Positions 41,398 through 56,630 of a DNA stretch of 64,000 nt are shown here, in pieces. Each line of letters begins with the position of its first letter. The first letter of the stretch is position 1. Location: NCBI RefSeq assembly GCF_009914755.1, contig NC_060926.1; one strand, given 5' to 3'. The DNA comes from the human T2T-CHM13v2.0 reference genome, Homo sapiens. The notes beneath the pieces were generated by a model, which worked only from the letters and a program-made list of their open reading frames with translations, ran no database searches and was not told the origin of the DNA. The translations under genes and the position numbers were made by a program.

Positions 41398-42491
41398 GAA
41401 CTCAGAATCATTAAGTATCTTCCACATATTAACCCAACATAAAATTGAAGTTAGGTTTAAATGCAGGATAGCTTGCTCCTTTTTTACCTACCAGTAATTT
41501 AAAAGCCTTTCAAATAAAGGGAAGTTGAGATTATACATTTAAAAATAACACATGATAACAATTTGGTCTGAGAATTATTGAGCTCGATTTTGACTGGAAT
41601 GTTTGCAATTATGTCATTAAATAGTTTATCAATTATCTAATACATGTAATGATATTTAATTAATTACCTGTTTACTAATCTTCCTAATAAGAATGATGGT
41701 CATGTTCTTACTATCATAGTTGATCAAAACAGTTAATCCTTGTGAAAATAATTTTCAAAGCTATACAACATCATATTTACAAAAAATTTATTATTTACCT
41801 ATTTAAAAAAAATTATTATTTGAGATATTATTGGTGAAACTGATACATTTTCTTATTTAAAAAAAAAATTTTAAGCCTATTTTTCTACTGGAAGTTCCTT
41901 TCAGTAACTACGTTGTCAAGGCATTTCATTGCTATCAGAACAACAGAAAATATGGAGGTTCTCTATAATCATGTCATACAATAAAGCATTAGTTTAATTA
42001 CCTGACAATTTGAGCTGATATTTGAAATGAATTTTTAATACTCTCTGAGTACATTAATTTATATTTTGAATTATGATTTTGCATATTATCCAAGTGTATG
42101 AATCCTTTAACTCTCATTATCTTTGACTAACTATGGAAAGAGTTCTAATTGTAATGCAAATCATTCTTGTTTTTGTGTATATGTGTGTTTGCCTGGAAGA
42201 AATTATGATTTAATTTGCTTTTAATTAGAAAAGTAATTTCAGCACAAAGCTTCAGAAAACAGAGGGAAGTAGAAATGAAACCTCTTGATCCTCTAGGATG
42301 CCTTAAGGAAAAATGGAGACATAGCTTATCTCCTTTGTGTGTGTTCATTTCAAAACATAAACAACGTTGTCCCACGTTACATTTTAGAAAATACAACTGC
42401 ACCTACAAGTTAATAAGCTTGATTATTTTATTATATATTAAATCATAAAATATAAATATGCATGTGGTATTCATCATGGAGAGTCATATGA

Positions 42492-42495
<4 letters not shown>

Positions 42496-42527
<32 letters not shown>
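42496..42527. repeat. (TG)n microsatellite
   Basis: Pure TG run of ~16 units. Confidence 0.95.
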
Positions 42528-42529
<2 letters not shown>

Positions 42530-43068
42530 TTAACTTTCTTCTAACTATTCTAAATCTTATTTTTTTGTTTCACCTTAAATGAACTGGCTATATATGCTCT
42601 CATTCCTTCAATATTAAGTGTTTAAATATTTTCTGAACTTTTACAACATTCAGATATTGGCTTAATATTATGTGAACTGGAGAAACATCTGCCAAACAAT
42701 GTTTCACAAACTACTAGTTATGAAAAATTATTATTGTTGATACTCCCAAGCTCTATGAAACTTTGGGACATCCTCTGTTAATCAAAATCTTCACCATGCT
42801 AATGTGTTTAAATATCATTTGAGTTAAAAGTGTGCCCAAAAATAATTTGAAAGCAACCACAAGAAAATTCAATTTATCTTTAAAATCTCAAGGTTTGTTC
42901 TTAGCACAATTTGTTTTTGTATATAATATGAGACAACAATATTTTCTTTGAATTCAATATGAAAAGAAAGACTTTGAAATCAGTAGAAGCTCCATGCTAA
43001 CTCAGAATTGTTCAATAAGTTTATGCAAGATGACCAGGAGAAAGGTAGAAGCGAGGTCTAAACAGTTT

Positions 43069-43393
43069 AGCAAACTATCGAAAGGACAAAAAACCAAACA
43101 CCGCATGTTGTCAATTATAGGTGGGAACTGAACAATGAGAACACATGGACACAGGAAGGAGAACATCACACACCAGGGCCTGTTGTGGGGTGGGGGGATG
43201 GAGGAGGGATAACATTAGGAGATATACCTAATGTTAAATGAAAGGTTAATGGGTGCAGCACACCAACATGGCACATGCATACATATGTAACAAACCTGCA
43301 CGTTGTGCACATGTACCCTAAAACTTAAAGTATAATAATTAAAAAAAAAACAACAACATTAAGCATTAAACTAAAAAAAAAAAAAAAAAAAAA
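43069..43393 (+). mobile_element. L1PA (PA4/5-like) 3' UTR with a bipartite tail
   Basis: agcaaactatcgaaaggacaaaaaaccaaacaccgc...gtaccctaaaacttaaagtataat, then A10, 22 unique bp, and A21. Confidence 0.93.
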
Positions 43394-44791
43394 GAGTTTC
43401 TCATTATTAGTGTAATAAGCTCTCCAAGGCACAGGTGGAGATCTTCTAGAGCCAGAGTCCCAGCATCCCCATGTTCGCCCTTGTGTGTTCTCTCCTTGCC
43501 ATTCCTTGATCATGCAGTCAGGGAAGTAGTTTCTTAGAGGGGCCATCAAGAGACATGAGTGAGGAAACAGAAGAAATGGAAGAATGACACAATCAACTGC
43601 AACAAGGAATGACATAGTACATTCACATTTAAGGATCTAAAGGAGAAGAAGAAGAAAAAAAAAAAACTCAAGCAATAGCGGAACAGCTAGAACAGCACTA
43701 GAGGATGTTCACATAACATTTTCAAACACCATTAACATAAAAATAAGAAAAGAAAGGGAGACCTGGAGGGACCTTGCAAACAAATAATGAAGAGGAGCAG
43801 AGTGACTTAAGAAAACACACTCCTCTTTTGGGACAGAAATACATGACAGAGGTCAAAGAGGACTAGGAAGAGACAGGGCTACGAGTCTTTGCTCTTGGCT
43901 AAATAAAGCTTCAAACGTTTCCTAAATTTATGCTGAAAAACTGATTACTAAACTGAATATTGAACATTTATTCTAATTTCTCTAATTTATTCTATTAACA
44001 TATTTTGAAATTCACTGCAGATGAGAAAAGGTTAGCCTATATAAACCTAATCTACATGCTAGTTTCATGCATCAGTCATTTTAACTTCTTTTGCAAATTG
44101 TTTATTCATGTTTTTTCTCTATTCATTATTGGTAGGCTCATAAATCAGTTATATTCTTCATAGTCTTCTAAGATAACTATTCCTTTTGTGTATTTTGGGT
44201 TGTGCTCCACATCAATATACCACAAATTCAAGAAAAATGAAAAGAAATAAGTAATAATAGTTTTAAGTTAAAAGCAAAATAAAATAAATTCATGAGTATT
44301 AACCATTTTTGTTTATATGATACAAAGATATCCTGGCTTTTGTTTTTTAATTAAAATGCAAACTTTTAAAATTTTTAAAATCTTTTATTAAGACAATAGT
44401 ATTAATATTTTTCTTAATGTCTTGCTTTTGATGTGTTTAATGTCATCACACAAATAAATTGTTCAACTAGATTCTTATTTAAAATGTAAATTATTAGAAG
44501 ATATTATAGACATATAAAAAGGTTTAAAAAGTAATCTTACAAAAAACAATATGCTCATTCTATGTGGATTCAGAGATAAAATGTTGCCAGACTATGTTCA
44601 GCTCTCTGTAAAACTTCTTTGCAGTTTCATTCCTCTCCCATGCAGCCAGAGGTGGATACTCTTGAATTTGCAGCTTGATGTTTATGACTTCCAAACATTA
44701 ATGTTTAGTTTTATTATGAATGTTTGGAATGTAACTAGGGGAGTTACCACACAGGGGTACCCTAAATAAATATCAAATAAATATCATAATT

Positions 44792-45102
<311 letters not shown>

Positions 45103-46332
45103 TTAAGGCTTTTCAGATCACATGGATTATACAACTTTGAACCCTAAATGCATGTTGCATGTTCCTAAAGTCCTGTTCCCTGTCTCCCTAACAGTCATTA
45201 AAATTAAAGAGTGCACTCCTAAAGTTAGTTTCAGTCTGGTTTTGATTCGATTTCTGGTTTCCTTATTCTTTTCTTTAGTTTTCTTTCATTTTTCTTTCCC
45301 CCATGAACCATTGAAATTCCACTTTATGAGGTCGGAAAAAATAATTATTTATTCATAACATCTAGCTTAGAACATTTGCCTTCACTCCTTGGTATTTTTA
45401 TTCATTGCAGTCTAACTTTAAAGAAGAAATGCAAACTCCTCCATTCTCACCTCCCCTTCCACCCACTCCCCACCCCCAGACTTCATGAAATTGTTGTTAG
45501 AATTAGAAAAGATTATTTAATGCCAGGGCTATAGAGAAAAGTTTCTGGTGCAGATTTAGTTAATGACATAGCAAAGCATGTAGAGTCCATTGCTCCATGC
45601 AGGATCTGTGCTGAAAAAGAGCTCCCTATTTTAGATATGGAACTACACAGAAGTGAACCCTAGCTCAAATGTATGGAGGTTCCAAGTAGCATGAATATCC
45701 TTATGAGTAACGGTTTCATCAGTGGTGAATAGGCTAGACTATCTGAGAATAAAAAGATATATTGCCTCCTTCAGTGTTTGATTTTTGTCAGTAAAAAAAT
45801 TATATATGTTTGGTGATATCAGTGTCTTATTTATTCCAATCATATGTGTAGTGGAGAGACAGTAATTTAAGTATTGGTGGAAGAAAACAGATACAATGTA
45901 AGTCTTCTTGTGTTTTAAGGATTTTAATTTCATAGTGTGAGTTAAATTATATGGTAAGTGAAGTTATTAATGTTTCAAAATTGATATGATTTGAGCTGAC
46001 GTTTAGAAATCTGTATCAAGCAAGATGTACTTGGATTGCTTTATTGAAAAATTAGGAAGAGGAAAGAGATCATCATCAAAATTTAGTTATTTAAAACATT
46101 TTTATAAATACAAACTTTCTTACTATTACCTAAGTACACTGCAGACATTTCAGAAACTACATTTCAGAAATTCCAACAATCTATTCTATAACCGAAGTTC
46201 CAATACCCACTAAGCGCAGCAATAGAGTTGACGGCATTTGCTTCAGATAACTCCTTCTATGATACCCCTAAAGACCTAACGCATCACTCCTGGGATATAT
46301 ATATATATGCACACTATATACACACACACACA

Positions 46333-46606
46333 TATATATACACACACATGCATGTGAACTTAAGAGCAGTTATCTCTAAATGGTGAATATTTATATATAA
46401 ATACTACATATATAAATATATTATATATTTATTAATATATTAATATTTATATATTCACCATTAATAAATATTAATATATTAATAAATATATATTTATATA
46501 TGTAGTATTTATATATAAATAGTCACCATTTAGAGATATATATAAAATATTCATCATTTAGAGATAACTGCTCTTAAGTTCACATGTGTGTGTATATATA
46601 TATATA
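46333..46606. repeat. Long AT-rich inverted repeat (palindrome)
   Basis: catgtgaacttaagagcagttatctctaaatg (46351-46382) is the exact reverse complement of catttagagataactgctcttaagttcacatg (46555-46586). The symmetry continues inward to a ~13-bp spacer and outward through TA/CA runs. Confidence 0.95.
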
Positions 46607-46639
46607 CGGTTTTGTAGAATACACAAATATTAGAATAAG

Positions 46640-46743
46640 AAATATATGAATTTGGAAATTCAGAGGAAATATATGAATTTGGAAATTCATATAGGAATAA
46701 AAAATATATGAATTTGGAAGTATATTAATTTGGAAATTTTCAT
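46640..46743. repeat. Degenerate minisatellite, 4 copies of ~atatatgaatttggaaattca
   Basis: Copies start at ~46640, 46667, 46702 and 46721. Confidence 0.85.
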
Positions 46744-47144
46744 TTAGACAAATAGTTATCACTCTGATTTTACACTTTGTCACCATTCATTGAGAAAATA
46801 GCTTTGTGATGACCCTAAGTGTAAATGGGAAACACTCCTCACCTAATAGCAAGCTCATAAGAAGATACAAAAGCAAAAACAAAATTACGAAGTATTTATT
46901 TTGCAAAGAAAAGGAGTTAGATTTGGTTGACTAGAACCTGAGGTAGCAGTAGAAAGATAATGAATAAGATTGTAGTAATTTGGGATCTAAGTGTGACATA
47001 GCCAGTGGAAATATTGCCTATGGCAGAGAATGACTGATGAATGTTAAAGCAATGGTTTCTAACACACAATTTCAAGTTGTTTTGCTGGAGTGCATTCATC
47101 CTTTGTTATCTCAAAACTACCAATAAAGATCAGCTACTCTTCTT

Positions 47145-47400
47145 TTCTTCAACATGTTTATTGATTGTCTACAACATAACTGGAACTGTGCTGGCTATAA
47201 TAAAGTAGTGAGTAAAAGCAGATGAGAAACTTACCTTCACGAAGCTTGCAGTTTAGCATGAGATACAGAAATTAATCAAATAATTATGCAAACAAATATA
47301 AAATACCTCTCAACAATTCTGCAAAGTGTGGGGGCGGGGGGTACAATATGGTCTGAGACCTCATTGCAGAAGGATTTGAACTATGGGAAAAACGGGCTAT
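47145..47400 (-). mobile_element. L2 remnant
   Basis: ttcaacatgtttattgattgtctac...aactgtgctgg...gtagtgagtaaaagcaga...cttcacgaagcttgcagtttag matches the antisense L2 3' end. Confidence 0.65.
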
Positions 47401-48734
47401 CTGAAAGAAAGAAGACCTACTTCCACATGATGTGGGGAAATGACAGACATGGGGCCACATTAGGTGGGGAGAAAAAGCTGTGAGCAGATCTCTGGGATGC
47501 CCACTTGCCATGGTCAGTGGAGCAGATTTGATGATCTGAGAGTGGTAAGATCCGTCTCTCCCCACGGTGCACACTGCCTCCTGTCCTTACTTCTGGTTCC
47601 TGCTGTGATAGAATGCAAGCAGACAGTAGGAGAAAAGATGGGAACTTCTCACTTATTATTGCAGTAGACTTCCCTTTGGTACACAATGAAATATGTTTGG
47701 CTCGTGTTCCATTTTTCTTAGTTCACCCTGAACCTTTTATTTTGAAAAATACTCCTTTAAATTTTAGGGAGCTGGATGGACCTTTTCTACTTTCCAGTGA
47801 TGATAGCAGATGCCTTTTTATACTGATTGAGTTATTTCAAAGTGAAATTTAGATATCTAAGAGAGTCGAGTGTCTTGTCCCAGAAGCACCACTCTTTACA
47901 CTTGATTTTTAAAAGGATTTTAAATAGAAATATTTATAAAGAATTTGTGAGCTCATGGGAATGGAAGCAATAATAAAAGTAGGGAGCAGGGAAATAAATC
48001 AATTTTGAGAATCATTTCAAATTTAAAGAAGATTGTCCTTTCTCTAAATTTAGAGGACATTCTAAATAGGAAATCAAAAAGAAGAAAAATGTTTCCATAA
48101 ATTGATTGGATGATTATTTTCTTGTCGGGAAAAAATGATACTGTCAAAGGAGTAGAAGCTATTAAAGTCCCACAACTAGCTTGAACGGAGAAGATAATAA
48201 CCCATTAGTGTCTTTGATAGTGATTTTGTTAAAATTTTTAAAAGGGATACTTGGTATGAAGAAACATAATTGCCTCCATGGAATTTAAGACTTTAATTTT
48301 AAGTCATCTAAGATACAAAAAGCTCCCTAGGCATCAATATAAAACCAAGAAAAGTGCTTACAAACACAGACATCTATCATTAATTAAAAAGTAAACATTT
48401 CAGTTGGGTATGTCATGTTTTTTTTCTAACATCATAAAATAGTCGGAGAGAGGGCATATTCTTTTTGCAGATAAGTTTAAATACAATTAAATATGTAGAC
48501 CCTTTTAGGGCAATGTAAATTTATTCCTTTATTATTTTGAAATTCCCAAGTAATATATCATTTTCTTGGGAAAAACAAGGAAGTAGCTGACGTAACAAAT
48601 ATGAAAAAATTCAAAACCAAAACCAAATAATGTTTAATTAATGATGCTATGTATTACTCCTTACGGGATTTTGTTTCTACATGTTTTTCTTCTTTCCCAC
48701 TACTGGTATTAAAGTTAAATTCTAAATTCAATCA

Positions 48735-49018
48735 AGGGAAGAGAGAAAGACAGGTTGGTTAACAGGTACACATAAACAGTTGGGTAGAAGGACAAATTCC
48801 AGTGTTCAGTAACACAGTAAGGTGACCATTGTTAACAATAACTTAATGTACATTTCAAAATAGATAGAAGATTTAAGGAGTTCCTAACACAAAGAAGTGA
48901 TAAATGTTCAAGGAGATGGATATCCTAAATAGCCTGGTGTGATCATGATACAATGTATGCATGTATCAAAATATTACATGCATCCCATAAATATATATGA
49001 TTATTATGTATCAATACA
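48735..49018 (+). mobile_element. L1MA (MA4/5-like) 3' end
   Basis: aggttggttaacaggtaca...ttcctaacacaaagaagtgataaatgttcaaggagatggatatcctaaa...gcatcccataaatatatatgattattatgtatcaat. Confidence 0.85.
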
Positions 49019-52000
49019 TTTTTAGGATACTTCAAGGACTTGGGAACTTACAATAACCACTAACTAGTCAAAATTATATGCTTCTATATTTACTTCCTAG
49101 TCACTTTGTGTGATGTTTTGGTATGTTATTAACTTTGAATGACATTATAAAGGAAATTCAAGCTGGTTGAAGAAATGTTTGGTCCTTGTACAGTATGACA
49201 TATCATTTTATCCTGAGCCTGATTAAGCTTCACTTCAAACAAAGAGTGTCCATTTTTCAATTTTATATTTTATTTTATACTTGGTGATCATTTTTCAGAT
49301 TTCCAGGTAATCGGTTGATGTAATAGAAAAAATGTAACAGAAACAGTCTGACTGTTAAAAACTAATACAAACTACATAGCAAGAAGTTGGAATTGATATA
49401 TAAAAGAAGGGGTGTACAAGATAAATATTATCACAATTACATAAGTAGATTAAAATACCCTAGAAATAAATATTAAACTCAAATATTGGGCTAAGAAAAA
49501 TTATTCAAAATATTTTGAGTTTGTGTGCAATGCTTTAGGCTGAAATATATATTTAAAAAATAATTCTGAAAAGTAAAAAGTTATACATATGAAAACAATT
49601 TCCACTTGGAACGAAAAATTAACTTTGATTTATTCCCAAATCTAATTGTTAAATTTGTTGGTTTCTGGCTGGCATTTTGGACATTATTAATAACACCTTA
49701 CCAAGAAATTATGGTTTCTCTTAAAAAAAAAAAAAATCACACTAGGCAATATCACAATGGGCAATACATTTTTTTTTCAAAACAATTGAAACAGCAAAAG
49801 TTATTATTTTCTTCCCTTATTGACCCAATGCACTCTTGATGCTATTGATTCCATCATCAGATGAACGATGTTACTGAGTAATTTTTTAAGAAGAGGATTA
49901 TTAATACTCCACCAGCCTGAAAATCTCAGCTGAGTGAGGAATATATTTTAAGTATAAAAATGTATGATTAAAATGCATGTTCCTTTAAAAAAGCCAAATA
50001 CCATTATCCAAATCATGTTGTTGTTTTTTTTAACACATTAAGGGTTAAGCTGCAAAGTTAAAAATAAATGCAAATATACATTTTATGGGAAAGCTTTCTT
50101 TTCTGATAAAATGTAACTGTTCTTAGATCTGTAATAGAGCTAAGGAAAGAAACAGCATATAAAAGCACACAAATGTTACTGAAAGTTATAATGATTATGT
50201 TCATATTTCCCCATTTACCTAAAACTGACTGACTTATACCTGTCATTGCAATATCCATGTAGTTTAATATTTGTGTGAGATACTGTATTTATCTGTTAAA
50301 TTAGTATTATTAGTTGCATAAATATAAGCCCACATAGGTTGGTAGACCTCTGCTGAGTGTTGCACACTTCTATTCCAATCTTATTTGATACTATGTGAAA
50401 CATGCAAACAGTGAACTAAGTTCTCACTTCTATGCATGGTTAAATCAAGAAGACAACTAGAAATAACTTTTTTATTCCTTTTCTGATACTCTCCGGACTA
50501 TGTGTCACTAACATCTCTTTTTCAAGGCCAGTCTACGAGAGAGTGCTTGGTAAAACAGTGAGCTAGGGCAAAGTTGCTAAAGAGAAATACTTTCTTCCAG
50601 TACTCAGGCATGGTGGATGTAACAATAGATACTATTTTTCCCTCAACCACTTGATGTACACTTTTGGGAAAATAAAATAAAATAAATTGCTGCAAATAAA
50701 TGTTTTAAAAAGTATTCTATTGGTTTTAAATACAATTTTCAGTCAAATACATACATAAACACCTTTTGTACACACACATATATATGTATTTGTAATTTTA
50801 ATTATTTGTATCACTTCCTTTCACTTAAAAATCTAAAATTGAAAGTCACACATTATGTTAATATTATTTAAAATTGAAAATAATATTGTACTCTATGAGA
50901 AGTACATTTCACTATTTTTTTCCTGCTCTAAACAGAAATCTAAAGGCATTGTGAACAAGTTAATACGTAATAAGATAACTTGGATAGTTTGATTACTAAG
51001 AAGGAAAAACAGTACATAGTATTCAGTCTGATTGTACGAGTTTTCAGCCTGAAGCCATTTGCAATTGCTTTCCTTTTTCATATTTTTCTATTTGCAATGG
51101 ACTTTTTTTCCTTCTCTGTCAGTTTTAGTAGTAACAGGAGCAGCAATTTTCTTAAGTCCTCAATGAGAATGTGTCAATTATTAGAACAGATAATTCTTAT
51201 TCCAGCAATAGAGCAAGCAGAAGTAACTCCAAACTTTCCTTGCTACAAAGCATATAGACAATACAATGCTGGGTGAGGGTGGGGGACAATATATCTTAAA
51301 GAGTATGTACATGTACTTAAATCAAAGAAAGGGAACTTCAGAGAAGGAAAAAATAAGAGGGGAAAATTAAACCAAGGAGGTAGACAGAGAAGCCAATTCA
51401 GTGGTTCCAGGAAGTTGGCCGTGAGTCTATCATCTAACTACTTTTCCTAAGCCGTTTGAGAACGTATCATACACATCATATCCCCATAGGATATTCAACA
51501 TCTTTGAAAAAAATTCCAGCGCCAACAGAGCAATATTTAATAATTTTTAAAATAAAATATTAAACAGTCAACTTTTGTAACATAGAGGATGTTATTTTCA
51601 CAAATGACGTGAAATTGAAAAATGACTCAGTAGGTCAGACCATGAGCGTGACACAGTTTTAATGATATCCTGAATTTTCTTTGCTTACATTTTCCACTTA
51701 TGTATGTACAAAGCGATATATAAATCAAGATCTATCTAAAGACTTATTAAACATAACACAAAATTCTGCATAAAAATATGTTTTGTCAGCATTTAATTAG
51801 CAGTAGTTTTTCTGTATTACTGATTTATAGTAAGTGCACTTCATCTTAAAATAGATAATTACATTAGACTTGATAAAATACTGGTATTTATTCTCTTCAA
51901 CACTCTGTATCATTGTCTGAGATACAGAGTTTTCCCAGCGAACCTCCTCTATTGCTGATGAGAGGATGTAAGGTTAACTGGCCTGCTCACGCCCTCTACA

Positions 52001-52551
52001 GCTCCCTATAGCTACAGAAAATTGCTCTAAGTTGTTTTTCCTTGTGGTTATTTCTTCGCATTCTCCTGCTTGACTTCTGCCTATCTCATCTGATCACATA
52101 AATGCTACTTTGATCATGTAGCATTCATCAGGAATTTTATCAAGCAATGCCCCAAAGCCAATAAGCAGGGTACTGCCATGACACGCGTTACCCTATATTT
52201 TCATTTCAAGTTCACATCACAAACGTTATTGAAAAATACATTAGTTTCTGTATTCCTATCACTTTAGACTTTCTGCCCTGGGGAAATTTTATTCATTCCC
52301 CCTACTTCTGCTACTGTCTCAGTAATAACATCCATTAAAATCTATACCTCACATTTCTTACATTTCTAACTTTCAAAAAGTTTTTGTACTCCTAAACTCA
52401 GCCTGTCCAAAGTTTATGCTGTTTGAAAACATTCAAATGATGAAAAAAGATAGTAGAGTTAGACTCAAACATGCTTTGTTATCTGCCTTTATGGTACCAC
52501 ACATCCAAAATTTTAATTAATTGAACTTAAATTTTCTTTCAAGAAAGGAGA

Positions 52552-52846
52552 GGCCAGGCACAGTGGCTCACACTGTAATCCTAGCACTTTGGGAGACTGA
52601 GGTGGGTGGAGCACTTGAGGCCAGGAGTTAGAGACAAGCCTGGTCAACATGGGGAAATCCATTCTCTACTAAAAAATACAAAAAAAAATTATCCGGGGGT
52701 GATGGCTCACGCACCCGCAATCCCAGCTGCTCAGGAGGCTGAGGTGGGAGAATCACTTGAACCCTGGAGGTGGAGATTGCAGTGAGCAAAGATCACTCAG
52801 CCTGGGCGACAGGGCTAGATACTGTCTCAAAATAATAATAATAATA
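52552..52846 (+). mobile_element. AluJ-like with a small deletion near the 3' end and an (AAT)n tail
   Basis: ggccaggcacagtggctcac...cacttgaggccaggagtt...gatcactcagcctgggcgacag. Confidence 0.88.
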
Positions 52847-55336
<2,490 letters not shown>

Positions 55337-55569
55337 CAAAATAATAATAATAATAAGGAAATATTAATGCTTGATTTGCTTGGGTCAATTGAAGTTTAAA
55401 TGAAATACCATATGTAGAAGTGCATTTGAACTGTAAAATTCTAAACACTTGGGATTAACACCTTCCTGTCACCAAGGCTGAAAGCTAATGTAGCCATAAT
55501 TTATCTTCTCCATGTCTCTCTATAGAATAAACAATATCTCAAAAACATTTCTCTAAACTGACAAATTCA

Positions 55570-56150
55570 TTTCCCCTGCCAATGCCCTGGTTTAACCATA
55601 TATTCATGCCAAGACTGAATTAATACTTTTCTAATACCTGTCTCTTTCTTAAATATCCTATCTCTTCCAATATATTTTCCATGCACACACCTATTATCTA
55701 TGTTTATAACTAATTTTTCATCCATAAAGGTAATGGCTCCTCATTTCAAATTATTTTATACTGCCTAGTCTTTAATTCCCATGTAAGACTCCAAACAACA
55801 TGCAGCTTTAACTTTTAGTTTCCATAAACTTTAAATCTCTCAATGCTTTTGCTGCTCTTACTCCATCTGCCTGAAAGTAGTTTTTTATTTATTTTGAAAT
55901 TCTACTCATCTGTTAAGATTTATATAAAATGCTACCTTTTCTATTAAACTATTGCTTTAGTCAATCAAAATTAATATGTCTTCTTTATATTTGAAAATAT
56001 ACATCTTTTATAATATTTATTACATTTGTTCTAATATTAATATTTATTGCTGATCCTCACCCAATAAATTGCAAAAATACTTTAGGGCTTGGCATTTTAT
56101 CTTGTATTTTTCTTCTATTATATGCGTTAGTAAATATTTCATGAATAAAC
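55570..56150 (+). mobile_element. L2 remnant
   Basis: Degenerate L2 motifs (ccctgccaatgccctgg; ctcttactccatctgcctgaaa; ttctactcatctgttaaga; tagtaaatatttcatgaataaa). Confidence 0.55.
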
Positions 56151-56334
56151 ATCTTTCTGTGAGACATATATTATGCCTATCTATAACTTACCTATTTCAC
56201 CTATTAGATACACATCATCTATTCATCCCTTTTATTTAAATACGAGTCATAAATTGCTTTTAAAGATTATGCTGTATTTCTTTCAGAATATATCCTTTGT
56301 GCTAAAACCCAAATTTTACATATATAAGTTTATT

Positions 56335-56630
56335 TAAGTGCTGTTTTTGTATGGCCTATGAGCTAAGATAGGTTTTTACATTTTTAAATAATTGAAAAAA
56401 TTCAATAGGAGATTATTTCATGACTCATGAACATTACATAAAAATCAAGTTTCAGTGTCCATAAAGTTGCACTGAAACACAGCCACATCCATTCATTTAT
56501 GTATTAACTTTGTATATGGCTGCTTTCACACAACATTGCAGAAGTCAGTAGTTGTTACAAAGACAATAAGGCTGGCAGGCCTACAATATTTACTCATAGA
56601 TCTGTGAAAAAAAAAATGGCAACTGCTATC
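56335..56630 (+). mobile_element. MER58B-like hAT DNA transposon
   Basis: atggcctatgagctaagataggtttttacatttttaaata...tttcagtgtccataaagttgcactgaaacacagccac...atggctgctttcac...gcctacaatatttact. Confidence 0.75.

Noticed and set aside
45520-45740. Possible ancient LINE RT (YADD-like) relic on the minus strand
   Set aside because: The similarity is too faint to support by eye.
46640-46743. CRISPR-like array of palindromic repeats
   Set aside because: Spacers are ~1-12 bp and irregular, repeats are degenerate, the context is primate and there are no cas genes. It is a minisatellite.
47284-47852. Cluster of overlapping ORFs on both strands
   Set aside because: A locally higher-GC stretch partly in L2 sequence, with no recognisable domain; expected by chance.
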